In this document: positions 38,301 through 50,267 of the stretch, piece after piece | Numbering within the stretch: position 1 is the stretch's first letter | Layout: each line of letters opens with the position of its first letter | From: Psammoneis japonica | Taxonomy: Eukaryota | Length of the DNA: 64,000 bases | Direction of reading: 5' to 3' | Assembly (NCBI GenBank): GCA_008632985.1 | Contig: QPGO01000001.1 | Location: forward strand, 838,404 to 902,403 | Notes under the pieces: model-generated | Seen by the model: only the letters and a program-made list of their open reading frames with translations | Databases searched by the model: none | Told to the model about the DNA's origin: nothing | Program-made: the position numbers and the translations under genes

Positions 38301-41014
38301 TCGCAAGGTCACCCCTGTGCCCATCACTCCCGCCATCATAAAGCAGGTTCATCGTTTGACTGAAATGAACAAGATGCCCAACGGTCTCAAGATTCAGAGC
38401 CGCACTGGAACTGTTTTGTGCAACAGTGCTTGGCTTGCAGGAGTGGATTATGATGAAGATCAATTTGAAGACAAAGATCATGATCTAGAAGAAGACATTG
38501 AAGCTGAAGACGACGAGGAAGAAGAGCTGGACTGGGGAGACTGCAACAGAGTTAGTCAAGAAGAGCTGCAAGACACAATTCGAGAACAAGAATTGGATGA
38601 AGAAGCCAGCTGCATCAGTGAAGAACAAGACGAGACTCAAGAAGAAACCTCCAATGATGAGCATCTCAGAGACAATGACGAAGCCAGTTCTCAACCATCA
38701 GATGGCAGCGGAATCTCACAAGAAATCGACGACATGATTGACCACATTGATGAACAACAGAGGCTGGAACAAGAGAAGGTACACTCTCCGGAAGTGCAAG
38801 AGATCATCGACGAAATGAAAGACCTGGAATCTGACGACGAATCTGGAGAGAGCAGAGTGAAACCAAAGAAAGTGTCCAAGAAGAGCCTGTTGCTACATCC
38901 AGGGCAGGAAGGACTCTGAAACCTCCAGTTAGATTTGGAGACTGCCAATGCCATCTACAGACTCAAGCTCATTCACAAGAAGAAGAGTGCAGCTTAGAAA
39001 CGGCCAGAATCATGGCTGTGACAATGTGCCAGTGGAATGAGAAGATTGGCATGATTTCCACCGATGAAGAAGCACATCAATTTGTTCAGACTTGCAGCTT
39101 GGCACGAGGACTCCAGAAGTTTGGAGAAGAAGGCCACAAGTCGGCAGTGTCAGAGCTGAAGCAAATCCATGATAGAGTGGTTTTCAAACCCATTCACATC
39201 AAGGACATGACTCCTCTGGAGAGGAAGAGAGCCATGGAGAGCCTCATGTTTCTCACAGAGAAGAGAGATGGGCAAATCAAGTCGAGGTTGTGTGCAAACG
39301 GAAGCACGCAACGAGAGCACATGGACCGAGACGAAACCGCCAGTCTGACAGCATCCACAGAATCTGTTCTCATTGCAGGAGTGATTGATGCCAAGCAAGG
39401 CAGAGACGTCATGACAGCGGACATCCCGAACGCATTTGTGCAAACGGACATCGAGGTCAAGGATGAAAAGATCATCATGAAGACATGCGGAAGAATGGCG
39501 GACATGTTGCTGGAATTGGATTCAGACACTTGCCAGGACCACGTCGTGTGCGAAGGCAAACACAAGGTTCTCTGCATTGAAATGTTGAAGGCGCTCTACG
39601 GAGTGCTGGTGTCCTCCATTCTTTGTTGCAAGAAGTTCCGCAGAGACATCAAAGGAATCGGATTTGAGACCAATCCTTGTGTGATCCATGTGTCACCAAC
39701 CGCATCGTGAATGGAAAACAACACACGGTGACATGGCATGTGGACGATTTGAAGTCCAGTCACGTTGACAGCAAGGTCAACGATGAATTCAAGATTTGGT
39801 TGGACAAAACTTGTGCGGATGAGATCAGAAAGGTCAAAGTCACGCGTGGAAAGAGGCACGACTGTCTGGCCATGACTCTAGATTGCTCCATTCCAGGAGC
39901 ACTGCAAGTTGACATGGTGCTTTGTGTGCAAGGAATGGCCAAGGAGTTCTTCAAGGAATTCCCAGAAGAATTGTCGGGTGACGTGGATTGCCCGTGGAGT
40001 GAGAAGCTCAACAAGGTGGATGAGACAGCCAAGAAATTAGATCTCAAGCATGCTCGAGCATTTTGCACTTTTGTGATGAAGGGCATGTTTGTGTGCAAGA
40101 GAGCCAGACAGGACATTCAGCCTGGCACTGCTTTTCTCTCCACCAGGGTCAAGGATCCGAATGAATCGGACTGGCCAAAGCTGGTGAGGCTCACAAATTT
40201 CCTCAGGACAACCCAGCTTGATGTCGCAGTCATGTCGGCTGGAGACAAAGTCATCATCGAGTGGCACACGGATGCCGCATTCGCAGTCCATCCAGACCAC
40301 AAAAGTCACACAGGTTTTGCCATGACCCTTGGAAAAGGTGTCATTGCATCAGTCAGTGCAAAGCAGAAGATCAACACCAGGAGTTCTGCCAAAGCAGAGA
40401 TCGTCGCAGGAGACGATGTTCTGGCAAAGGTCCTTTGGACCAAGCGTTTTGTTGAAGCTCAAGGTTTCGAAGTCAAGCGCAACACCATGCATCGAGACAA
40501 CCAAAGTTGCGTGAAACTGGAACAAAATGGAAAGGCCAGTTCGGGCAAACACGCGAGACACTTCAACATCAAGTGTTTTTACATCACTGACCTCATCAAG
40601 CGAGGAGAACTTGAGATTGAGTTCTGCCCAACAGACAAGATGATGGCGGATCACATGACCAAACCAGTGGTTGGTAAAAAGTTCATTGTTGATTGTCAAG
40701 CCATCATGAACATCCAAGTGCCTGAGATGGTCAAATTTGGAAATGGCAAGAATCTTGCCATTGGTCAGCAGGAGTGTGTTGGAGGTGGTGAACTAAAAGT
40801 TCAAACACCAAAATTAGATGGCGCGAAGAAGACGTGTGCGTCAGCGCTCATGTGCTCTACGTGAGGCACTGAAACTGCCAACAGAAGCAGCCATCATTCT
40901 CTTTTGACTCTTGGAAAGCATTGTGATGACAAGCTTGTCTATTTTAGCCTCAGGATCAGACCTTAGAGGGCTGAGGTGGCTCTGGAACAGTCACCAGAAG
41001 GACAAATTACAACA
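35320..41014 (+). mobile_element. Ty1/Copia LTR retrotransposon (family A), full length, mutated
   Basis: LTRs 35320-35560 and 40777-41014 (TG...CA); 5-bp TSD GTCGT at 35315-35319 and 41015-41019; purine tract cagcaggag before the 3' LTR. Confidence 0.95.
35663..40776 (+). pseudogene. Copia gag-pol (gag, protease, integrase, RT, RNase H), frameshifted
   Basis: WILLDNQ (protease), RCDNEF and HVPEAERNNRVIQER (integrase), ADIPNAFVQ, LKALYG, WHVDDL (RT), TDAAFA, RSS.AE, DNQS, ADHMTKP (RNase H). Confidence 0.9.
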
Positions 41015-41237
41015 GTCGTTGCTTGTTGCTTTGTGGGTGCATGATCGGGTTCAGTGCGAACCACCAGGGTTGCATTTGCGCAGGCTGTTGTTTGTGCCTG
41101 ACACCAGGGCGGCACCCACGGCAGCCAGAAAATCCGCGCATGTTGTCAGCCCCTCCAAACAGATTTGATGCTTTGGAAATTGAGAACATCAAAGAACATG
41201 TTCTGTGGGATGCCTTGTTCAATGGCCCGAAGCCTTC

Positions 41238-43527
41238 TGTTGTAATCTGTCCTTCTGGCGACTGTTCCAGAGCCACCTCAGTCCTCTAAGGTCTGATCCT
41301 GAGGCCAAAACAGACAAGCTTGTTATCACAATGCTTTCCAAGAGTCAAAAGAGAACAATGGCTGCTTTCATCGGCAGTTTCAGTGCCTCACACAGAGCAC
41401 ATGAGCGCTGATGCACACGTCTTCTTCGCGCTGTCTAATTTCGGTGTTTGAACTTTTAATTCACCATTTCCAACACACTCCTGCTGACCAATGACAAGAT
41501 TCTTGCCATTTCCAAATTTGACCATCTCAGGCACTTGGATGTTCATGATGGCTTGACGATCAATGATGAACTTCTTGCCAACCACTGGTTTGGTCATGCA
41601 ATCTGCCATCATCTTGTCTGTTGGGCAGAACTCAATCTCAAGTTCTCCTCGCTTGATGAGGTCAGTGATGTAAAAACACTTGATGTTGAAATGTCTCGTG
41701 CGTTTGCCCAAGCTGGCCTTTCCATTTTGTTCTAGTTTCACGCAACTTTGATTGTCTCGATGCATGATGTTGTGCTCGACTTCAAAACCTTGAGCTTCAA
41801 TGAAAGGCTTGGTCCAAAGGACCTTCGCCAAAACATCATCTCCTGCAACGATCTCTGCTCCTGTGGAACTCCTGGTGTTGATTTTCTGCTTCGCACTGAC
41901 TGATGCAATGACACCTTTTCCAAGGGTCATGGTAGAACCTGTGTGACTTTTACAGTCCGGATGGACTGCAAATGCGGCATCCATGTGCCACTCGATGATG
42001 ACTTTGTCTCCAGCCGACATGACTGCGACATCAAGCTGGGTTGTCCTGAGGAAATTCATGAGTCTCACCAGCTTTGGCCAATGTTGATGGCCCATTTTGC
42101 TTGAGGTTTTCCTGGCCTTTCCCAGCACTTGTTGGAATTGTGTCCGGCCTTGCCACAGCAGCAAAACACTTGCCTTCTAACTGAGCGAAGGACAGCGTGA
42201 TTTCTTGGTTTTCTTCTTGTTTCTTGGAGTCAGAGTTGTTGTTTCGATTGTTCCTGTTACGATGGTTGTCAGGCTCGAAAGTGTGGTTGCTCAACACGGT
42301 GTTGGCTTCCGCAATGGACTTGGGATGTTGGTCGTTCTTGAGGGACTGCTGAGTGTTCAACCCTGTTAGAATTGATCCGCACTTGCGCTGGTCTGCGTTC
42401 TCCAAGCACATGCAACCCATCAATTGGCTGAACGCCTTTTCTTGACACTTCTTGATGGAATCCGCACTGTGCTCGTCGCATTCTGACATGCATTGCACAG
42501 CCTTGGTGAGGACAACAGGTCCTCCAATGTGAGACTTCATGATGTCCCTTGCAACCCTGAATCTCTTGGTGTGATCTTGGAGACTTTCCTTCTCCTTCTG
42601 CTTGGTTTCCAGCACCGCTCTCATTGAATCTGAGACGATGGCCATGTCACACCTGTGCTCTTGGCAGTTCAATGCATGCTCCTTAATTGCCTTGAGCAAT
42701 TCGACAGGATCGTTTTCAATTTTGGTTTGGAACTCGGTTCTTGCTTGAATTTTGTTCTTCATGGCCTTGGAGCATCTCTCCCAGAGCAAAGCACAAGCCT
42801 TGATTAGGTTGTTCTCATGAGTTTGGGTCCTCTTAATGTGAGCATCAAATTCTGTCTTGAACTCAATTTCGCACTGTTTGTTCAACGGCACATCCACCTT
42901 GTCATCTCCAGTCAAGCTGATCTGCAAAGTCGGCTTCTTAGAACTCATGTCACATGGAGTGCAAGTGTTGAGTGCAGTTGCAATGTCATTTCCAAACTCA
43001 TGAGTCTTCTCAATGTAGTTGACAATGAACTCAGCAGCAATCTGAAAATCAGATGCTTGCTTGGCACTTCCAAAACAGCAGACACAATCACTGGCGCCCT
43101 TGTGGCTTTGCTTGCCACTCTTGTTTCCCCTTCCTGAGGATCCTCTTCCTTGGCTTCTGTTGCCAGTTCCACCTCTGCCTCTTCCACTCATGATAAAAAG
43201 GCAAAGCAGCAAAATGTCTCACACACCGTGAGAATGACTCTTTTCTTGCTTTCTTTTCACAGCTCTCAGCTGGATCACTCTCTTTTGACTGTTGCAACTT
43301 GTCCTTCTGGCGACTGTTCCAGAGCCACCTCAGTCCTCTAAGGTCTGATCCTGAGGCTAAAATGGACAAGCTTGTTGTCACAACACTTTCCAAGAGTCAA
43401 AAGAGAACAATGGCTGCTTTCATTGGCAGTTTCAGTGCCTCACGCAGAGCACATGAGCGCTGACGCATGCGTCTTCTTCGCGCTGTCCAACTTCAGTGTT
43501 TGAACTTTTAATTCACCATTTCCAACA
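41238..43527 (-). mobile_element. Internally deleted copy of Copia family A, inverted orientation
   Basis: LTRs at about 41238-41476 and 43290-43527; TSD CCTTC at 41233-41237 and 43528-43532; gag joined directly to the RT-end/RNase H region near 42080. Confidence 0.95.
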
Positions 43528-44149
43528 CCTTCTGGTTGCTTGTGCCATGATCATTGCCTCAGGGTGGCTCTTTCAGGTGGGGACAACATGAAGTCAGTCT
43601 GCACCATGGATCAGCAGAAGGGAGCCAATGATCGTGAAAAAGGACATTTGGAGAGAGACAACTGCTCTTCTCGTGTTTCATCTGGATCAGCAGCAGGGAG
43701 CCAATGATCCTCATCTGGAAGATGATGCTGAGGATGGGCGAAAGGCTTTCATGGTGCAAGCTGAGCACAGAGCAGAGCACGCTTCAAAGCAGAGCCTGGG
43801 CTGATGTTGACACCCTGGAAGAGGAGGAATTCCCTTGGATCTCAGAGCTGCTGGGCTGCACAGATGAGAAGGCTGCTGCTCACCACGTCCTGTCCAAAGC
43901 GCCTGCTTTTGAGGCTCAGGTTGGTCAGTTTGAAGTGGAGCTGCAATGTGCAGAATGTGAGCCAGTCAATGAGTTTGACTTTCAAACTGAAGGCAACCTG
44001 GCTGTTGTGTTAGAAAGCTTGCGTTGGTGGCGAGCGAGTCTCTGCTTTGGAGCATGGTTCCCAGTGCTTGCTCGCTGGCTGGCAGCAGATGATTTCTGTG
44101 GCAGATTCGCACATTTGAGTTCCTCATTTGCACTGAAGGAGCACAATTT

Positions 44150-47100
44150 GGCAGTCTGCAGGTGACCTTTGTTTTGGAAAATTGTGCGCCAAAAGCTCAA
44201 ATGGACGCTGAAGTTAGATGGCACAGCACGCAAGACCAAAGTGCATGTGCCAGGGCTGAGGTGCTCCACGTGAAGCTCGCACACTGCTCTGCACTTCTTT
44301 CAACTGTTTTTGCATCACACAGATTTTCATCAAGAGGGACTGAAATTGCGTTTTGCCCAACTGGCCAGTGCTCCACGCTTCACGTTAAAAGCACATGCAC
44401 TGCAGCCACGAAATCTCTTTCAACTGTTTTTGCATCACAGATGAGTGAACTTGCTCCACGTGAAGCTCGCACACTGCTCTGCACTTCTTTCAACTGTTTT
44501 TGCATCACACAGATTTTCATCAAGAGGGACTGAAATTGCGTTTTGCCCAACTGGCCAGTGCTCCACGCTTCACGTTAAAAGCACATGCACTGCAGCCACG
44601 AAATCTCTTTCAACTGTTTTTGCATCACAGATGAGTGAACTTTGAAGTTGTGCTCTGCCCAGCTGACAAGATGCTTGGACATTTTATGACCAAGCCTGTG
44701 GGGTTGGCAAGAAGTTCATTGTGGGTCGTCAAAAAATCATGATCATTCAAGTGCCTGAGATGGACAAATCCAAAATTGGAAAGTGTCTTGTCTTTTTGGC
44801 CAGCAGGAGCATGTTGGAAAATCATGCCGTTCACCATGAGCTCAGATGAACCCCGAAACAATGTGGCACAGCATGCAAGACCAAAACGCACGCGTCAGTG
44901 CTGATGTGCTCCACGTGAAGCACGCACTCTGCTCTGCGCTCTTTCAACTGTTTTTGCATCACAGATCTCATCAAGAGGGGTGAACTTGAAATTGTGTTTT
45001 GCCCAACTGACAAGATGCATGGAGACATTGTGACCAAGCCTGTGGTTGGTGTGAAGTTTGTTGTGGATCGTCAACAGATCATGATTGTCCAAGTGCCTGA
45101 GGGTTAGCCTAAGATGGGCAAACCCAAAATTGGAAAGCGTCTTGTGTTGGAAAATTGTGCACCAAAAGCTCAGACAGGTGCCGAAATTAGATGGCACGAT
45201 CGTCAACAGATCATGAACATCATAGTGCCTGCGGCAAGATGGGCGAATCCAAAATTGGAAAGTGTCTTGTCCTTCGGACAGCAGGAGTGTGTTGGAAAAT
45301 TATACACCAAAAGCTCAGGTGGATGCCAAAATTAGATGGCACAGCATGCAAGACCAAAACGCATGCGTCATTGCTGATGTGCTCCACGTCAGGCACATGC
45401 ACTGCTCTGAAGCCGTCATTGATCTCTTTCAATAACTTTGTGTCACAGATCTCATCAAGAGGGGTGAACTTGAAATTGTGTTCTGCCCAACTGGCAAAAT
45501 GCTTGGAGATTTTATGGCCAAGCCTGTTGTTGGTAAGAGTTAGGGTTAGGAGAAAAGAAGTTCATGGTGGATCGTCAACAGAACATGCACCTTCACGCTT
45601 CTGCATCAAGGATGGATCCACGGGGGTGAGGGCGGACATTTACGGGCCTCGAATTTACCGCATTTCGCCGTGTTATTTGGACCTTTCTCGGAACAGCCCC
45701 AAAAATTTTATGTGTTCGACAAACCCTCATCAGGGCTGTTAGACCGCTATAAAAGCTGCATGTTCGAAGCTTCAAACGACACTTATCGGCCTATGCGCTG
45801 TCGGTAGGTTGAAATTATCGCAAAATTTTGCTCAAATCGTGCTCTTTATGTAAACAAGCAATAACTTTCCAGGAAATGCTGATAATTGGCGTTTGATTGG
45901 CTATCAATGTACCGGTATCTAGAGTCGATAAGCTAAACATCGCGCATGGGTAAAACCATTGACCAATCCTTCTATGATGTCCTAGGAACGGACAATGTTC
46001 GACCTATCGCTGGAATTATATTTTGGTAAACGCGCGTGCTTTTAGTGCAATGAATCCGGATTTTTTTCACAAAACTGATGGGTCCGTAAATATCCGACCT
46101 CACCCCCGTGGATCAATCCTTAAGATGGGCAAATGGGCAAATCCAAAATAGGAATTTGTTGCTCAGATAGACGCCGAAATTAGATGGCGCAGCAAGCAAG
46201 ACCATAACGTATGTGTCAGTGACAATATTCTCCACGTGAAGCAAGTAAGCTACTCTGAAGCAGCCATTAATCAAAGGTTCAGATTAGTCAGTTTGAAGTG
46301 GAGCTGCAATGCGCAGAATGTGAGTCAGTCAATGAGTTTGACTTTCAAACTGAAGGCGACCTGGCTGTTGTGTTGCAAAGCTTGCGTTGGTGGCGAGCCA
46401 GTCTCTGCTGGCCAGCGAGCAAGCACTGGGAACCATGCTCCGAAGCAGAGACTCGCTCGCCACCAACGCAAGCTTTTTATAACAACAGCCAGGTTGCCTT
46501 CAGATTCACACATTTGAGTTCCTCATTTGCACTGCATGTGACGGAACACAGTTTGGCAGTCTGCAGGTGACCTTTGTTTTGGAAAATTGTGCACCAAAAG
46601 CTCAGATGGACGCTGAAATTAGATGGCACAGCACGCAAGACCAAAGTGTGCGTGTGCCAGGGCTGAGGTGCTCCACGTGAAGCACGCACACTGCTCTGCA
46701 CTTTTTTCAACTGTTTTTGCATCACAGATCTCATCAAAAGGGGTTGAAATTGCGTTTTGCCCAACTGACCAGTGCTCCACGTTAAAAGCACATGCACTGC
46801 TCTGCAGCAGTCACGAAATATCTTTCAACTGTTTTTGCATCACAGATGAGTGAACTTTGAAGTTGTGTTCTGCCCCACTGACAAGATGCTTGGAGATTTT
46901 ATGACAAGGCCTGTGGGGTTGGTAAGAAGTTCATTGTGGGTCGTCAAAAAATCATGAAGATCCAAGTGCCTGGGATGGACAAGTCCAAAATTGGAAAGTG
47001 TCTTGTCTTTTGGCCAGCAGGAGCATGTTGGAAAATCATGCCATGCACCATGAGCTCAGATGGACCCCGAAATTATGTGACACAGCATGCAAGACCAAAA

Positions 47101-47795
47101 CGCACGCGTCAGTGCTGATGTGATCCACGTGAAGCACGCACTCTGCTCTGCGCTCTTTCAACTGTTTTTGCATCACAGATCTCATCAAGAGGGGTGAACT
47201 TGAAATTGTGTTTTGCCCAACTGACAAGATGCATGGAGACATTGTGACCAAGCCTGTGGTTGGTGTGAAGTTTGTTGTGGATCGTCAACAGATCATGATT
47301 GTCCAAGTGCCTAAGGGTTAGCCTAAGATGGGCAAACCCAAAATTGGAAAGCGATCGTCAACAGATCATGAGCATCCAAGTGCCTGCGGCAAGATGGGCG
47401 AATCCAAAATTGGAAAGTGTCTTGTCCTTCGGTCAGCAGGAGTGTGTTGGAAAATTATACACCAAAAGCTCAGGTGGATGCCGAAATTAGATGGCACAGC
47501 TTGCAAGACCAAAACGCATGCGTCATTGCTGATGTGCTCCACGTCAGGCACATGCACTGCTCTGAAGCAGTCATTGATCTCTTTCAATAATTTTTGCATC
47601 ACAGATCTCATCAAGAGGGGTAAACTTGAAATTGTGTTCCGCCCAACTGACAAAATGCTTGGAGATTTTATGACCAAGCCTGTTGTTGGTAAGAAAAGAA
47701 GTTCATGGTGGATCGTCAACAGATCATGAACATATAAGTGCCTAAGACGGGCAAACCCAAAATCGGAAAGTGTCTTGTCCTTTTGGCAACAGGAG
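44150..47795 (+). repeat. Patchwork array of shuffled Copia family A-like 3' end/LTR fragments, duplicated as two blocks
   Basis: Repeated cagcaggagtgtgttggaaa, aaattagatggcacagca and gatctcatcaagagggg..ttgaaattg units. Block ~44150-45590 is repeated at ~46555-47795; exact 190-bp tandem at 44263-44642. Confidence 0.8.
45610..46119. mobile_element. MITE with ~40-bp TIRs
   Basis: ggatggatccacgggggtgagggcggacatttacgg versus ccgtaaatatccgacctcacccccgtggatcaatcc; flanks tcaa (45606-45609) and ttaa (46120-46123); AT-rich, TpA-normal interior. Confidence 0.85.
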
Positions 47796-50267
47796 TAAAG
47801 GATGGTGAGGGTCAAGGTGCGAATTAATTTTTTTCACTCTTGGATCATTTCATTTTACACCATATGATTTAAGACTGTCACAAATCAATGAAATTTCATT
47901 GCATTTGGTTCATCCTATGACGAACTCTTTGTCACCTGCCCACCATAACTCTTGTCTTTGGGATTTATTACAGGCTTAATACAAAGATGTACAGTAAGAC
48001 CAAAATCTCAAATCTATTCCCAACGCTGACACTGATTTCTTGACTGCGTCAAGAGTCAGATTTTCTGATGAACTTGAAGTTCCTAATGAAGAAAGTGACA
48101 AGGCCCCATCGATCTAATCATTGCTGTACAAACAGCTTGAATCAACTTTTATCTTAGAGCAATTACTAATGTAGATATTGTTAAAAATGGGAAAATCCGT
48201 TTAATCGAAAGACACCACCATCTTTCCGATCCCAATAAAAAGCATGATTTCTGATGCTTTACTGTAGAGTTGTCAGTCGCCCCACCTCTATTCTTCTCAC
48301 CTGGATGGTCATAAGATGTCACGGTTTTTAAGTTTTTTGTGCTGAGAAAGCCGCAAAGTTTTCAAGAACTGTACCTTCATAGGTTTAGCCTGAGATTCCA
48401 AAGTACATAACACATGAAATGAGTAAATGCTGCAAAACACCAAAATAATAAATAATTTTTAATTCATGGTGCTGTTCCTGTTGCTTCATGACCAGGGCAT
48501 TGAACCACACAGTTTTACCGTAAGCAGTTGGTGCAGGTGTTCGGCTGCTGGAATCCCAGTGGATGAGCATGGTGGTGGAGGCAGGGGAACGCTAAGAAAT
48601 GCAATTCTTTTTTTTTTCTCAAAAGAGAACTTACCTGAGTCACAGAAACTCGACAAACATTAGTAAAGATACGAAGCACACCACCACCTTCTTTCTTCTG
48701 ACTAGAATTATCAGGTTTACTAAATGATTTTTCTCAATTTGATTGTTGTTAGATGGGTCTGGAATCGTGGTTCAAAGATGAAGTTCTTTATGTTACAGAC
48801 ATTCATCCTCGAATGCGTATGGTGGCTGAACCTCAGCAGGTTTTTGGGGGCGAAGAAGTCAATTAGAACCTGTGTCTTGAAAGAGTGCAGTTATCTGAGC
48901 CCACATTCAGGAAATCATGGGCATGAACTCACCGCTGTTCATGATCGACGAGACAATAATTTGATCACGATGAAATGCTCCTGTTGGACTCTCTGGAGGT
49001 TGCACACCGCATAAATTTTGTGCTCTGTTCTCTCGGCAGAGAAAAACAAGATAAGCTCATCTTATCTTGGGTGGTTTTATGCATGAAACCTCAAGCTTAA
49101 AAACTCGACAAACAACATTTCATGCTGCCTGTAAAACTTTTTTCCTGTTGAGAACATCATCATTGCATCTGCGACTTCACCAGACAAATCAGGAGGATTC
49201 TGGGTGGTGCGAAAATGTGCCAATGGTTAGAGTCCAATGTCATTCAGCAATCATTGCGTTGCCAACACAATGTGCACTAAACAGATCCCGCTAAACTATT
49301 TGCACATTTTTTCACCACCCTGGACTTGCCTGCTGGTTTCGTTTGTGCAGTGTGCTGTGCAAAAATGCTCTGTGTTAAAAAATTTGCTGATGCATTCAAA
49401 CATTTGAAAACTGCAGTTTTGTTGAATGCCTGGTCAGCAAAAACAGCAATCATGAATTAAAAAGCCAATCTTTTTCATTTCTTGGATTTTTCACAACACA
49501 TTCCTGCTGCCAAGGACAAGATTCTTCTTGTTTTCCAATTTGCCCATCTCAGGCGATGTTCATGAGAGTTTGTCGATCGACAATGAATTTTCTTGCCAAC
49601 CACAGGCTGGGGGTTGTGCAGTCTCCAATCATCTTGTCTGTTGGGCAGAGCTCAGTTTCAAGTTCTCCACTCTTGGCCGGTCAGTGATGTAAAAAATGCT
49701 TGGTGTTGAAAAAAATGTCTGGCTGGTCAGTGATGTGAAAAATGCTTGGTGTTGAAAAAAGCGTCTGGTGCACTTGCCAGATCATGGCAAAAAAGCAAGT
49801 CTCTGCTTGCCAAACGCACTTGTTTTGAAAACTCACAGCTCCGCTCTGCAGCCTGAAGAGTCACCCGAAAACCAAGCAATTTGATTGATTTTTCAGCAAA
49901 TCTGTTGATGGGGGCAAGACACCAAGACAAGAAGAAGCCACCTGCAATGGCAGGATCTGCCAAGCACCATGTCAACAGCAACAGCGACTCTCATTCCACA
50001 GACAAAAACAATCTGCCAAGGTCATGACTGCTGTCAAACACAGCCCAAGCTGCGACGATAACTCTGATGATGACTTGCTTGGCTGCTGTCCATTTGAAGA
50101 GAAGCAACCTGCCAAGGTGGCAACCACCATCAAGCACTGTCCAAAATGCGGCGACGGCAAGAAGAAACCCTTCGAACACGCACCCTCTTTTTCCTGGTGC
50201 AAGCAACGTTCAAAGACACTCTGTCTCTTGTTGCATGGGATCTCTGCCTTGGTTGAGTGTTGGGCCA

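Noticed and set aside
45538..45550. ttagggttagg telomere-like motif (also near 45100, 47315, 62975)
   Set aside because: Two units at most; insufficient for an interstitial telomere.
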